The notes under the pieces: model-generated
The model's database searches: none
The model's input: the letters and a program-made list of their open reading frames with translations, nothing else
Told to the model about the DNA's origin: nothing
IMG/VR virus record: IMGVR_UViG_3300028025_001902
Location: 1-53,974 of that record
Length of the DNA: 53,974 nucleotides
Reading direction: 5' to 3' (one strand)
Origin: a virus
Taxonomy: Duplodnaviria > Caudoviricetes
Program-made: the position numbers and the translations under genes
Shown here: one piece after another, positions 1 to 10,341 of the stretch
How the letters are laid out: every line of letters begins with the position of its first letter
Position numbering within the stretch: the first letter of the stretch is position 1

Positions 1-1921
1 TGATAAAGTTGATAGAACGATTTGGCTTAACGAAGATATCAGCAACGAATTCGTTACGATCGATAACTTCACCTGTGTTGTTAGACTCATCGCACTTAAC
101 AACGAAATCAGTAATACCACGACGACCCTGTACATCACGTAGGAATGGCTCTACTAAGTTCTTGAACTGAGCACGAGTAAATCCATCGTTGAATTCAAAC
201 AACTGGAATTTAGCAGCAGTTGCAATCGCTTTTTCCATAACGATGAATAGACGACGCACATTGATACGATCAAACGCACTTGGCTTAGCCAATAGAGTCT
301 TGTCACCGAACAGAACAGTACCTTCTCCTGGGAAAGTAACAACTGGGTTAACACCCTTCTTGTAAAGAGTATCACGAAGTGTTTTGTTTGGATTGAATGC
401 CAACTTAACCACGTTCTTGATTTGACCACGATTTAAACCACCTGGAGAGAACCATGGATCATTTGTGTAGTCAGTACGAGCACATAGACCAGCCACATCA
501 CCATTCAATGGGATGTAACGATATTTGTCATTGTAACGATCGTATTGATATTTGTAACCAGAATCCATAACAGCGTATGAAGTGCTTGGTAATGCATCAC
601 GGTAAGTAGTGATAGCAGTAGAAGCAGTTGAGTCGCTACCGATGATAACATCACCAGAAGAAGTATCTTGTGGAGATACAAAAGCAACGCAATCTAAACG
701 AACTTCAGCAATGTTATTGATAACATAAGTTGCAGTTGCAGCAGATGCTTTACCCAACATAATTAGACTAATATCAAACAACTCAGCGTTTGCAAATAAT
801 GCAAAAGCGTTTTGTTTATCAGAATCAGTTGGAGCATAATCGTCAACACCACCAAGTAGTGAAGTTGTCACTGCAGCAGACATTGACTTGAAGTATGGAG
901 TATTTGTATATGTCAATCCTGTTGGAGTACCAGCAGTAGTAACAATTGCAGCACCAGCACTAGTAGTCAAAGTAAAACCAGTCACGCTTGGTGAAGTACC
1001 AGTAATTGCGGAAACTTTATAAACTGTACCAGTTGCATAACCAGTAATAGTTCCAGTGCCACCTAATGTACCAGTGATAGTGATTTTATCACCAACAGCC
1101 AAAGCTGCAGCAGTACAAGTAAATTGACCAGCTGTACCAGCAATTGCTACACCAGAAAGTGTTGCACTAGTATTTAAAGAAGCAAAACTTGTACCCCAAG
1201 TACTACCACCAGCTGCAACTGTAGTAGTTGCATCCATCCAGTAGATATACTGTGAACGAGAATTGATTACGTCTTTGTAGTAGTTATTTGTACCATCAGA
1301 TTTCTTGGCATCAGATGCTTTGGAAACGAATGCAAATTTTTCTAGAACTGTACCAACAGTACCAGTTAAAAGACCATCTTCATCAATAACGATAATATGC
1401 AACTCATCATTGCCAATAGTAAAGTTATTTGAAGTAGCGTAGTCAGAAGTTCCTGGAGCACCATCAAAGTTGTCTCTGTATGTCCAAGTGCTAAATGTAT
1501 CAGCATCAGCCATAGAAACTAATAAAGAGTTTCCTAGTGTACCTGGATATTTTGCAGCCCATTCGCCAACTGATGCTTGACCAGTTGCATAAGAAGCCAA
1601 ATATGTCTCGGTGTTTTTGATTTTAAGTGCAGTTCCAGAAGAAACTGCGTTCTTAAGACCAGTTGCGTCTGCACGAACCAGTAATAAGTTGTTTGTATAT
1701 GATAGGAAGTTGGCTGCTGTAAAGAAAGAATCTGCGTTACTATCAGTAGGTTTTCCGAAGCGACGAACTAATTCGTTCTCAGAGCTAACTGTAGTTGGTT
1801 CCATTACTGGACCCCAGCCAAACGAACCTGCAAATGCACCAATAGAAGTGGCAACGGCTGGAACGATTGATGTGAAATCTTTTTCTACGACTGCAACGCC
1901 TGGAGATAATTGAAACGGCAT
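1..1921 (-). CDS. gp18: Tail sheath protein (3' end outside window; not in ORF track)
   Basis: Hand translation from ATG at 1921: MPFQLSPGVAVVEKDFTSIVPAVATSIGAFAGSFGWGP...; near the edge EVIDRNEFVADIFVKPNRSINFI. AGGAG RBS upstream; typical T4-like sheath motifs; directly downstream of gp17. Confidence 0.95.
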   Translation of the reverse strand, partial: MPFQLSPGVAVVEKDFTSIVPAVATSIGAFAGSFGWGPVMEPTTVSSENELVRRFGKPTDSNADSFFTAANFLSYTNNLLLVRADATGLKNAVSSGTALKIKNTETYLASYATGQASVGEWAAKYPGTLGNSLLVSMADADTFSTWTYRDNFDGAPGTSDYATSNNFTIGNDELHIIVIDEDGLLTGTVGTVLEKFAFVSKASDAKKSDGTNNYYKDVINSRSQYIYWMDATTTVAAGGSTWGTSFASLNTSATLSGVAIAGTAGQFTCTAAALAVGDKITITGTLGGTGTITGYATGTVYKVSAITGTSPSVTGFTLTTSAGAAIVTTAGTPTGLTYTNTPYFKSMSAAVTTSLLGGVDDYAPTDSDKQNAFALFANAELFDISLIMLGKASAATATYVINNIAEVRLDCVAFVSPQDTSSGDVIIGSDSTASTAITTYRDALPSTSYAVMDSGYKYQYDRYNDKYRYIPLNGDVAGLCARTDYTNDPWFSPGGLNRGQIKNVVKLAFNPNKTLRDTLYKKGVNPVVTFPGEGTVLFGDKTLLAKPSAFDRINVRRLFIVMEKAIATAAKFQLFEFNDGFTRAQFKNLVEPFLRDVQGRRGITDFVVKCDESNNTGEVIDRNEFVADIFVKPNRSINFI

Positions 1922-1973
1922 TGTAATTCTCCTTGTTAATAAGTTTACCTAGACAAAATTCATGTCTACCTTT

Positions 1974-1980
1974 TATTTAG
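1974..1980 (-). promoter_or_regulatory. T4-type late promoter (CTAAATA) for gp18
   Basis: CTAAATA in the gp17-gp18 gap, followed by a small hairpin (1950-1968) and an RBS. Confidence 0.7.
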
Positions 1981-1994
1981 TTTTTACACGATTT

Positions 1995-3572
1995 CTAGAA
2001 GTTGAGTGGAGCCTTCTCTGGCTTCCCATCTTCGTAAAACCCAAAAGGTGTTAATTCTTCTTCGATCGCTTGCATCTGCTTAGCGTACATGATATTTCGT
2101 AGATTAACATTATTTAGGTCTTTGAAATAAGAGTTAGTAGTGAGCCATCCAAATAGAACCAGAGGCATTACCAAATCATCGTGATAACCTTCGTCAGCCT
2201 CATAAGATCCTTTTTTCTCGATAAAGGTCGAGATTTCAGAGATCGTATCAGCGTCATTTATAATAAGTTTGTTTTCTTCAACGAGTGCCTTAAAGTTATG
2301 ACACCCAATTCTTTTGATCTTTTTATCGGTATTGACACCCAACTGTGTTTTACCACCACCAAAACCACCAGAGACTGTTTGTCCCATAGCGTGTCTTGTA
2401 ACCATCAATATATTTTCGTATTCCATCTCAGAATATAGGATGTGAGCAACCTGTTCCGAGATGTTAATTTCCAATAATACAAACGCTTGGTTATACTCGT
2501 TTCCAACTTTGTAAATTATATTTGGATAGAGCAACGGACTGATTTCATTATTACGATACTTTGCAACGATTCTATACGGAACCTCTGTAATATCAATAAC
2601 TTGGAATGCTGAATAATCCCCACCAACACCTTTTGCCACATCACAGACCATACAATAAGTATGACCAGCCTGTGGGTTTACATACACATCCAACCCATCT
2701 TTCTGGTGGACGATAGTATCTGGACTCATTCTAGAAATTGCATCTGCACGAACTAGAGTAAGAGAAGAACCTAAGAAGTTACAAAGAACCTCTTGAGTAA
2801 ATTTAAGTTCACCGAGTTGGGCTTTTTGTTCTGCAGCCCATGCTTCATCACGACCTGGAATTTCCCAGTAAGGTATGAATAGATTAACAAATCCGTTTCT
2901 ACCTTTTTCAGCATCTGTCCAAAACTTCCAGAAGTGGTTGTAACCAAGTGGAGTTGATGACAATAAAATCTTAGTGGTCTGACCAGCGGAAATCGTTGGG
3001 TAAACTGACGTAAAGAATTCTTCTGCCACGTTGTTTGGAATAATCGCTGCTTCGTCAACATACAACATGTTTACAGATTTACCACGAATACCAGACTTAC
3101 CTGTTGCAGCAGTGAATACCTTTGAACCATTCTCCAGTTCAATGTCACCTTTGTTCCAAGTAGTTACACCTTGTTGCATCCATTTCGGTAACAACTCATA
3201 CATTGTTTGATAACGATCTAAAACCTCACGTGCAGCAGTTGCTTTGTTCGCAAGGATAGCCACAGTTTTGTTGGCTTGGAAAATCGTATACCAAAGAATG
3301 TAGGCTGCAGAGGTGGTCGTCTTGCCTTGCTGACGACCTTCCATAAGGATAACCCTACGATTATTATGTATAACATTCACTTTGTTTTTCTGGCAATCGT
3401 ATAGTTTAAAAAGTTTTAAACCATGATCCAGCGTAACAATATAGCAGTAGTTCTCGATAAAATATATCGGATCTGCTGCACACTTTATGTACTCTTTTAC
3501 ATCTTCAGGTGTAAAGTCAACAGTAACTCCAGCTGCTTTGAGATTACTATTGGAGTTGTAAATCTCTGCCAT
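1995..3572 (-). CDS. gp17: Terminase large subunit
   Basis: Walker A RQQGKTT, LYVDEAA Walker B, SSTPLGYNHF, nuclease DVAKGVGGDYS and GYHDDLVM. Confidence 0.97.
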   Translation of the reverse strand: MAEIYNSNSNLKAAGVTVDFTPEDVKEYIKCAADPIYFIENYCYIVTLDHGLKLFKLYDCQKNKVNVIHNNRRVILMEGRQQGKTTTSAAYILWYTIFQANKTVAILANKATAAREVLDRYQTMYELLPKWMQQGVTTWNKGDIELENGSKVFTAATGKSGIRGKSVNMLYVDEAAIIPNNVAEEFFTSVYPTISAGQTTKILLSSTPLGYNHFWKFWTDAEKGRNGFVNLFIPYWEIPGRDEAWAAEQKAQLGELKFTQEVLCNFLGSSLTLVRADAISRMSPDTIVHQKDGLDVYVNPQAGHTYCMVCDVAKGVGGDYSAFQVIDITEVPYRIVAKYRNNEISPLLYPNIIYKVGNEYNQAFVLLEINISEQVAHILYSEMEYENILMVTRHAMGQTVSGGFGGGKTQLGVNTDKKIKRIGCHNFKALVEENKLIINDADTISEISTFIEKKGSYEADEGYHDDLVMPLVLFGWLTTNSYFKDLNNVNLRNIMYAKQMQAIEEELTPFGFYEDGKPEKAPLNF

Positions 3573-4141
3573 TATTTTCTCACTTGTCCATTATGCCACT
3601 CTGCACCTGGACATATCTCACTTCTAACATTAACTGTACCATTAGTCCACCATTTTTTATTCTTAAAAACTCCAACCTTAGCAGCTGACATTTTTTCTTT
3701 AGTTTCTTTAGTATGAGCCACACCTTTATTGCTAGCTGGTTTACCTGTTTTAGCTAAAGATATTTTAAGACATATTTCTTCGGAAAACTTTTTACCTTTA
3801 TTATGTGGAATACGACCCATAGCCATTTCAGACATTTTTTTTCTTGATTCTTCGCTATGCTTCATTCCAGAAACACCTTCTCCGCCATCTGTATAGTTTA
3901 CTAACGGAAAATTCATATTTCTATATTTTTTAATCGTTTCACGCTCTACAGATAATGCTGTTGTTTCATCTATATTATTTAATAATATACGATAAGTATA
4001 GCCAAAACTTTTAACAATATGTTGCCAATGTTTATTTCTATTATTCTTTGAAGTCACTCGATTATGTTTACCCTTACCAACATAAAATACTTCATTGGTA
4101 TCAAGTCTTACATGTTCATAGACATAATAAATTTCAGCCAT
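3572..4141 (-). mobile_element. Free-standing GIY-YIG-like homing endonuclease with NUMOD3-type repeats
   Basis: YYVYEH...FYVGKGK..R, LVNYTDGGEG, repeats GMKHSEESRKKMS and GVAHTKETKEKMS. Likely start is the ATG at 4141, just after the gp15 stop (track start 4162). Confidence 0.85.
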
Positions 4142-4143
4142 AA

Positions 4144-4890
4144 TTAAAATCCGTCTAGCCAACTCTCCGAATTAACAGTTGCAGTTGTAACATCACCTTC
4201 TGCTGTATAAATTCTATTTGGATTACCAAAGTCTTCATTTTGACCAATATTTGCATTAACAGTATCGATAACATTTTGTCCTGTTATTGGTCCAAATAGG
4301 TTTATCTTCATTTGAAAATTAAGACTATGTGTAACAAATCTACGAGTTTGAAAATCTCCATCGTATTCATCTGAAACAGAAACGCTGTTCAAAACAATAG
4401 GTACATCAATCTTAACATTCATATCTGGAACTACATTAATTGATAATGTATACTCAGGTGTAAATGTTGGAAGAATTTGTTCAATAATTTGTAGACCATC
4501 TTCTTGAGTCTTGGTGAGAATGTATAGCGATAAGTCCAAATTATAAGGAACAGGAGTATACATTGTAGAAACAGAACCAGAACCATCACCACATTTTAAT
4601 TGTTGCATACGATTTACTTTTCTTTGCGGATCGTAGTTGTATCCAATAATCTCAAATGACATTCTTGGTAATGAAACGTAAGTATGGTTTTCTAATCCTG
4701 GATCTTGATCTAAACGAACTACCCATTTTTCTTTTGGAGCATACGCAAGAGGAACTTGTAATCGTTGAATAACATTACCAGTTACAGAATCGCCTTCACG
4801 ACGATCGATATAGATGTCACTGAATAACGTGCCAAATCCTACGATGCACTTGCGAATTATTCCGTGGTAGTATACATTATTGTTTAGCAT
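4144..4890 (-). CDS. gp15: Tail sheath stabilizer / completion protein
   Basis: YHGIIRKCIVGFGTLFSDI, VPLAYAPKEK, LPRMSFE, QIIEQILPTF; follows gp13-gp14. Confidence 0.93.
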   Translation of the reverse strand: MLNNNVYYHGIIRKCIVGFGTLFSDIYIDRREGDSVTGNVIQRLQVPLAYAPKEKWVVRLDQDPGLENHTYVSLPRMSFEIIGYNYDPQRKVNRMQQLKCGDGSGSVSTMYTPVPYNLDLSLYILTKTQEDGLQIIEQILPTFTPEYTLSINVVPDMNVKIDVPIVLNSVSVSDEYDGDFQTRRFVTHSLNFQMKINLFGPITGQNVIDTVNANIGQNEDFGNPNRIYTAEGDVTTATVNSESWLDGF

Positions 4891-5813
4891 TATTCAGTAT
4901 TTTTTGTAATATCTACTTCGCCGAATGGATTTGAGATGCTGAATAAAACATCAGCACCCTCAGTCTTAAATTTATTGTTGTCACCGTAAGACTCTTTCTT
5001 ATCAATATCAATATCAATAAATGCCTGAGCAGCAGCTGTTGTTCCGCTTGTTGGTGCAGCTATTGTAACTGCTGGTGCTGATGTATAACCTGTTCCACCA
5101 TTAGTTACTGTTATAGAAATAACTTTACCAGCATTAGCACCAGAACCAAGATTAGCAGTTGCAGTTGCAGTACCTGAAGAGAAAGTAACTGCTGGAGCAG
5201 TGGCATATCCAGACCCAGTAGTTGTAACATCAATGCGTGTTACATAACCAGTATTGTTTCTTGTGGTATTGGTACTGAATGTTTTGAGTGTCTCAAACGC
5301 ATCGATTTCAGAGATACCAGTATCAATTCTTTCTGAAGAGTACTGGAATAATTCAACTTGTAATTTGTAAACATAAAGTTTACCAAGTTGATAGAATGGA
5401 TCTTGATGTTTTACAAACTTAATTTCAAACAATCCTTTTGTTAGAGGGAAGTAAAGTAAGTCACCTTCATTTGGACGGGATGAAATCTGTGTGACACCAT
5501 AACGACCAATCAATTGATCCCAGCGTCTTTTTGCAACTACCAACGTAGCTGACTGTTCCATCATAAGACCAAACTTCTGAATAAATGCACCTTGACCATC
5601 AAGTGAATCTACATTCTCAAAATACATTTCGATTGGAAATGAAGACTTAAATTGAGAAAGACGATCTTCTCCGAGAATTTCATCCTTAGATACTAATGTT
5701 CTTGGAATGTAAAAGAAATCCTGACCATAGATCTTAAGAGATTCTATGATGAGGTCTTCAATTAATAATTGTTCAGACCCAGTTCCATTAGTAAAGTATA
5801 CATTACGAGACAT
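4890..5813 (-). CDS. gp14: Neck protein gp14 with an inserted Thr/Gly-rich domain
   Basis: EQLLIEDLIIESLKIYG, YIPRTLV, RPNEGDLLYFP, PFYQLGKLYVYKLQVELFQYS, terminal SNPFGE. Confidence 0.93.
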   Translation of the reverse strand: MSRNVYFTNGTGSEQLLIEDLIIESLKIYGQDFFYIPRTLVSKDEILGEDRLSQFKSSFPIEMYFENVDSLDGQGAFIQKFGLMMEQSATLVVAKRRWDQLIGRYGVTQISSRPNEGDLLYFPLTKGLFEIKFVKHQDPFYQLGKLYVYKLQVELFQYSSERIDTGISEIDAFETLKTFSTNTTRNNTGYVTRIDVTTTGSGYATAPAVTFSSGTATATANLGSGANAGKVISITVTNGGTGYTSAPAVTIAAPTSGTTAAAQAFIDIDIDKKESYGDNNKFKTEGADVLFSISNPFGEVDITKNTE

Positions 5814-6400
5814 TAATTATCCTTTGACATATAGAAAGAGCCATCTTCTCTATAAATTCGTTTTCTGCCAATTTTAGATGCAGAAACTTTATGTCTGCTA
5901 TCAGGATTATTCATTGGATTATTTGTGTTATTTTTAATAGTAATTCTATCAGATATTTGTTTGCAGTGACGATCTTCTCTAATCCATTTACCAACTACAC
6001 CGAGCATCGATTGGCTTTTTTTTAATTTAGTTTCTTCGGTATCTTTTTTTCCGAGTCTTCTTGTATTACCAACCAATTTCTTTTTATGCTCTTCAATCCA
6101 CTGTGTTTTAACAATAGAGTACATTGAAGAACTAACAGTTTTATTACTTGTTAAAAACCTTTGCATAGCCCAGATCATTTTAGATTTCTGGTTAGAATCT
6201 CCAAATTTACATAATAGTAAATGTGCAATATAATGTTCTCTGGCAGTCAATACAACTAAATTGTTTTTAGTATTATCACCACCTAAAGATTTTGGTATAA
6301 TATGATGAGATTCTGTATAACAAGGTGCGTCTTTCTTCGACCATGCTCTAGCTTTTGCATGATCAATAAGATTATTATACCAAAGTTGATACTTATTCAT
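5813..6400 (-). mobile_element. Free-standing HNH homing endonuclease (Mob-like)
   Basis: YTESHHIIPKSLGGDNTKNNLVVLTAREHYIAHLLL; lies between gp13 and gp14. Likely start is the ATG at 6400 (track start 6421). Confidence 0.9.
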
Positions 6401-6401
6401 T

Positions 6402-7355
6402 CTAGCCAAGAAAAAAGTCAAGGGGAGCAGATTTATTTTGTAATTCGTCTTCGAGTTCTTTTATTTCTTCTGTTGATTCAGCGTATAGTTTATCACCATC
6501 AAGTGTAACCCCACCTGGAAGTTGTAGACCGCTGAACTTTTTAAGATTAGTACCCCATTGTTTTTTGAACAATGCAGTTACGTAATGCTTCAACCATTGC
6601 TCGTTATAAACTTTAGACCATGTTGTTGGATCCATTGCACGATAAGATTGAACGATAATGTAATCGCCAAGAATAAAATCTGTCTGCCAGTTAGCGTCTA
6701 GGTATAGACGATTTGACATACGATTGAAACGGAATCCTTGATGACCATTTAACTCTAAGTCTAATAGAGCCAAGTGACTCATTACAGTTTTGTAGTAGAT
6801 TAGAGATGTAGATGTTAAATCATACAAGTCATTTAATCGTAATTGATATTGCAAGTCGAAGATGTTCTTTGAAGACGATGCTTGACCAGCTGATAGAATC
6901 TTTGTAACACCCCAAACATAATCTGGAATTTCAACATAGCGATTATCATATTCACGGAGAGTTAAAGAACTTAATGTTGCAGTATGACCATCAGATCCTG
7001 TGATTGTCTCACCAGCAGTAAATGTACCTAATACATTCTTTACCAAAAGTAATGTATTAGTAGAAACACGAGTAGATTCACGAACAACTTCAGCAGTTGC
7101 GCCAGAAGTATTTCCAGTAATTCGTTCTGCAATATTAAAATCTAAACCACCAGAAACCAGAGTGGCTTCTGATGCACGAATTTGTTGTTTTAGATAAATC
7201 TGTTCGATACCTTCGTAGTGGTATAGTCTCCAGTAATCTAATGCTTCATCCAAACGATCTTCTAATTGATCATCGTCTACGTTAATTTCGAGTACAGGTG
7301 CACCCAATGCTCTTAAAGCATATTGTTTTAATCCGTCTCTTGTGCTGACTGCCAT
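6402..7355 (-). CDS. gp13: Neck protein gp13
   Basis: LKQYALRALGAPVLEINVDDDQLEDR, KKQWGTNLKKFSGLQLPGGVTLDG, terminal PLDFFLG. Confidence 0.95.
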   Translation of the reverse strand: MAVSTRDGLKQYALRALGAPVLEINVDDDQLEDRLDEALDYWRLYHYEGIEQIYLKQQIRASEATLVSGGLDFNIAERITGNTSGATAEVVRESTRVSTNTLLLVKNVLGTFTAGETITGSDGHTATLSSLTLREYDNRYVEIPDYVWGVTKILSAGQASSSKNIFDLQYQLRLNDLYDLTSTSLIYYKTVMSHLALLDLELNGHQGFRFNRMSNRLYLDANWQTDFILGDYIIVQSYRAMDPTTWSKVYNEQWLKHYVTALFKKQWGTNLKKFSGLQLPGGVTLDGDKLYAESTEEIKELEDELQNKSAPLDFFLG

Positions 7356-7359
7356 ATAA

Positions 7360-8325
7360 TTATCCTAGTGCGATTGCCATTGCTACAGCTTTATTTAGGG
7401 CTTCTGTTACTGCAAAAGCGGTTGTGGCGACTTGGGTTGTTGATGTGTTTGCTGCAGCTGTGGGTGCGGTTGGTGTACCAGTTAAAGCTGGGCTTGCTGA
7501 AAGAACAACAGAGCCAGTACCAGTAGAAGTTGTTACGCCAGTACCACCATTTGCTACTGGTAATGTTCCAGTAACACCAGTAGTTAATGGTAAACCAGTC
7601 ACATTTGTCATTATACCAGAAGCTGGAGTCCCAAGTGCTGGTGTCGTTAATGTTGGGCTAGTTAATGTTTTATTAGTAAGAGTCTGAGTGCCAGTTAATG
7701 TAGCGACAGTAGAATCAATAGCAATAGTACCACTAGTGGTAATCGTTCCACCACTAAGACCAGTACCAGCTGTAATCGAAGTTACTGTACCACCACCAGA
7801 TGTTGCTATAAGGTTAGTGCCTACACCTGCGCCAGCTGCAGTGAGATCAATATAAACACCACGAGCAGTACCACCTTGCTCAAAGAAACGAATCCTATTT
7901 TGCCAAATGTCAATTGTTACACCAGTACCAGCTATGGTAGTATTGGTTTGTGGTTTAGCGAGAAGGATTTCTCCACCTTCATCGCCAGATGAGTTCGTGC
8001 TTCTTAAATATTGGCCAAGAACATCACCAGTAGCAGTTATTGTACTGCTTGCTGCTACAGTAGTAAAGGAACCTGCAGCTGCAGTCGTCCCACCAATTAT
8101 GGCATTATTGATCGTACCACCAGAAATTACTGGTGATGTTAGAGTTTTATTGGTTAGGGTTGCTGTGGCTGAGATTGATGGAATAGAATCAATCGTATTA
8201 CTTGCGGTTTTGTAATACAGTTTACCATCGGTGTAGTTAATTGCTAACTCACCATATTCTAAGTCCCCTACAACTGGAACTCTCGCTCCAACAGAGGACT
8301 TCTTAAGAAGAACTTTATTCGCCAT
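7360..8325 (-). CDS. Fibre protein with Mtd_N-like N-terminus (candidate whisker/collar fibre)
   Basis: N-term LLKKSS..RVP...[18 protein letters not shown]; [12 protein letters not shown] shaft repeats; [13 protein letters not shown]; C-term AVAMAIALG. Confidence 0.7.
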   Translation of the reverse strand: MANKVLLKKSSVGARVPVVGDLEYGELAINYTDGKLYYKTASNTIDSIPSISATATLTNKTLTSPVISGGTINNAIIGGTTAAAGSFTTVAASSTITATGDVLGQYLRSTNSSGDEGGEILLAKPQTNTTIAGTGVTIDIWQNRIRFFEQGGTARGVYIDLTAAGAGVGTNLIATSGGGTVTSITAGTGLSGGTITTSGTIAIDSTVATLTGTQTLTNKTLTSPTLTTPALGTPASGIMTNVTGLPLTTGVTGTLPVANGGTGVTTSTGTGSVVLSASPALTGTPTAPTAAANTSTTQVATTAFAVTEALNKAVAMAIALG

Positions 8326-8352
8326 GTCAAAACCTTAAAAAAGGAAACGAAG

Positions 8353-8382
8353 AGAGGAGTAAAAACTCCTCTTACTTATTTA
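8353..8382 (-). promoter_or_regulatory. Late promoter TAAATA (8377-8382) followed by an 8-bp-stem hairpin
   Basis: AGAGGAGT-aaaa-ACTCCTCT at 8353-8372; T-rich tract downstream on the minus strand. Confidence 0.55.
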
Positions 8383-8383
8383 A

Positions 8384-10327
8384 TTAGTATGTACCACCAT
8401 CGATGTTGAAACCATCGAGAGTTGAAGTAGCTGCACCAGCACCAGTGATGTTAGTGCCAATAAACATTGCTTTAGCAACAGATAAGCCACCAGACAATAC
8501 AACTGCAGCAGTACCAAGAGCAGAAGCATCAGTGGCAGAAGTAAGTGTTACTGCTCCAGAAGCTGCAAGAGTCGTACCACTGAAACTAGAAGAAGTGATT
8601 GTCTTATTTGAAAGACTTTCAGTTCCAGCCAATGTCGCAAGAGTACCAGTTGTTGGTAGTGTTACGCTAGTATTTGCGGTAGTGGTTACACCAAGAGTAT
8701 GTGCACCAGTGTGAGTAAAACTACCACCAAGAGTAATAGTGCTAGATCCGTTGTTTACGCCAGTACCACCGTAAGTAGCACCGATAACTGAACCATTCCA
8801 AGTACCAGTAGTAATAGTACCAAGAGTAGTAATTGTATTTTGACCAACGTAAGTTGAAGCGATATCAACAGAGTCAGAATTAATAGTAATACGATCAGCA
8901 GTACCAACTACATCAATTGTGTTACCAGTCTTAGTAAGACCAGCACCAGCAACAACTTGACCAGCACCAGAGAACTGAGCAAAGGCTAAAGCAGTTGTAC
9001 CTAATGTAATTGGATCATTAGTAGTTAAAACCCAACCAGAGTCAGCGTTTGCAGTACCTTCTTCAACGAATGTGAACATTCCAGAAGTAACTTCACCCGT
9101 AGGTGTATTATCAGCATCTGTTGAACGAGCCCATGAGCCAGAAGCAACAACATAGATACCGTTCTGTGAACCAGTGCTTTGATTCTTAACAAGAACACGA
9201 TCACCAACAGAAAGAGCAACTCCGTCAACTGTTTGTGTATTGCTTAATGTAATGTTTGCAGTAGTAGCTGCACGAACAGAACCTTTAATATCTAGACCAG
9301 TCTTAACTGCGTCAACGTATGCCTTAGTAGCTGCATCTTGAGCATCTGTAGGATCTGCAAGAGAAGTGATTCTTTTACTATTAGCATCAATAGAACCAGT
9401 GCCAGTTGGAGCGATGGAGACATTATTGTTACCAGATGCAGCTGAGAGTGATAGATTACCAGAAGTAGCAGTAATGCTTGTTGCTGTTGCAGCACCAAGA
9501 ACTGGAGTTACCAGAGTTGGAGTATTTGCAAATACTAATGCACCAGAACCAGTTTCATCAGAGATAACACCAGCAAGTTCAGCAGAAGAAGTTGCAGCAA
9601 ATACAGATAACTTGTTACTTGTATAAGTAACAGTACCACCTGCACCGAATGCCACAGAAGCAGAATCAGTACCAGTAAGAGTTAATGTATTGCTTACAGT
9701 TAATGTCTTAAGGTTTGTAATACTTAAAGTACCAGTACTTGAAGTGATTGTTAAACCATTAACTGTTTTGTTTGTTAGTGCTTGTGAGCCAGTTAGAGTG
9801 GCAACTGTCGAGTCAATGGCAACCGTAGAAGTATTTGAACCATCGCTATTTGTGACAGTAATACCAGTACCAGCAGTAACCGCACCACCAACTGTATCGT
9901 AAATAAACTCAGCAAGAGTATCTGTTGTACCATTAATGTATGGATTATTAAGAACTGTCTTACCAGTACCATTAGGAGTTAAAACAATGTTACCATTGGT
10001 ATCTGTAGAGCTAATAACATTAGTGCTACCAGTAAGAGTTAGATTACCAACATTAAGGTTATTGATTTTACTGCTGGCATCAACAACAATCGCAGATGAC
10101 GCAGTCAGCGTACCTGGAGTATGATCCAACATATCGGTAAAATACTTACCACCGATAACAAAGTGATTTGCAGCATTACCTGAGGTTTCTGTGCCTATAC
10201 CAATGTATAATCTATCACCACCATTTGATCCATTGTCTGTTAATGCTGAGTACGCTAATTCACCAGCACCCAGCGTTGCTGGATTTCCTGATACCGATGA
10301 ACGCTTTATGCGAATAATAGATGCCAT
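8384..10327 (-). CDS. Long fibre protein with Mtd_N-like N-terminus
   Basis: IRIKRSS...LGAGELAYS; DPTDAQDAATKAYVD..GLDIKGSVRAATT; VGDRVLVKNQS.GSQNGIY; C-term IDGGTY. Confidence 0.75.
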   Translation of the reverse strand: MASIIRIKRSSVSGNPATLGAGELAYSALTDNGSNGGDRLYIGIGTETSGNAANHFVIGGKYFTDMLDHTPGTLTASSAIVVDASSKINNLNVGNLTLTGSTNVISSTDTNGNIVLTPNGTGKTVLNNPYINGTTDTLAEFIYDTVGGAVTAGTGITVTNSDGSNTSTVAIDSTVATLTGSQALTNKTVNGLTITSSTGTLSITNLKTLTVSNTLTLTGTDSASVAFGAGGTVTYTSNKLSVFAATSSAELAGVISDETGSGALVFANTPTLVTPVLGAATATSITATSGNLSLSAASGNNNVSIAPTGTGSIDANSKRITSLADPTDAQDAATKAYVDAVKTGLDIKGSVRAATTANITLSNTQTVDGVALSVGDRVLVKNQSTGSQNGIYVVASGSWARSTDADNTPTGEVTSGMFTFVEEGTANADSGWVLTTNDPITLGTTALAFAQFSGAGQVVAGAGLTKTGNTIDVVGTADRITINSDSVDIASTYVGQNTITTLGTITTGTWNGSVIGATYGGTGVNNGSSTITLGGSFTHTGAHTLGVTTTANTSVTLPTTGTLATLAGTESLSNKTITSSSFSGTTLAASGAVTLTSATDASALGTAAVVLSGGLSVAKAMFIGTNITGAGAATSTLDGFNIDGGTY

Positions 10328-10341
10328 CTTTTATTTCTCCG

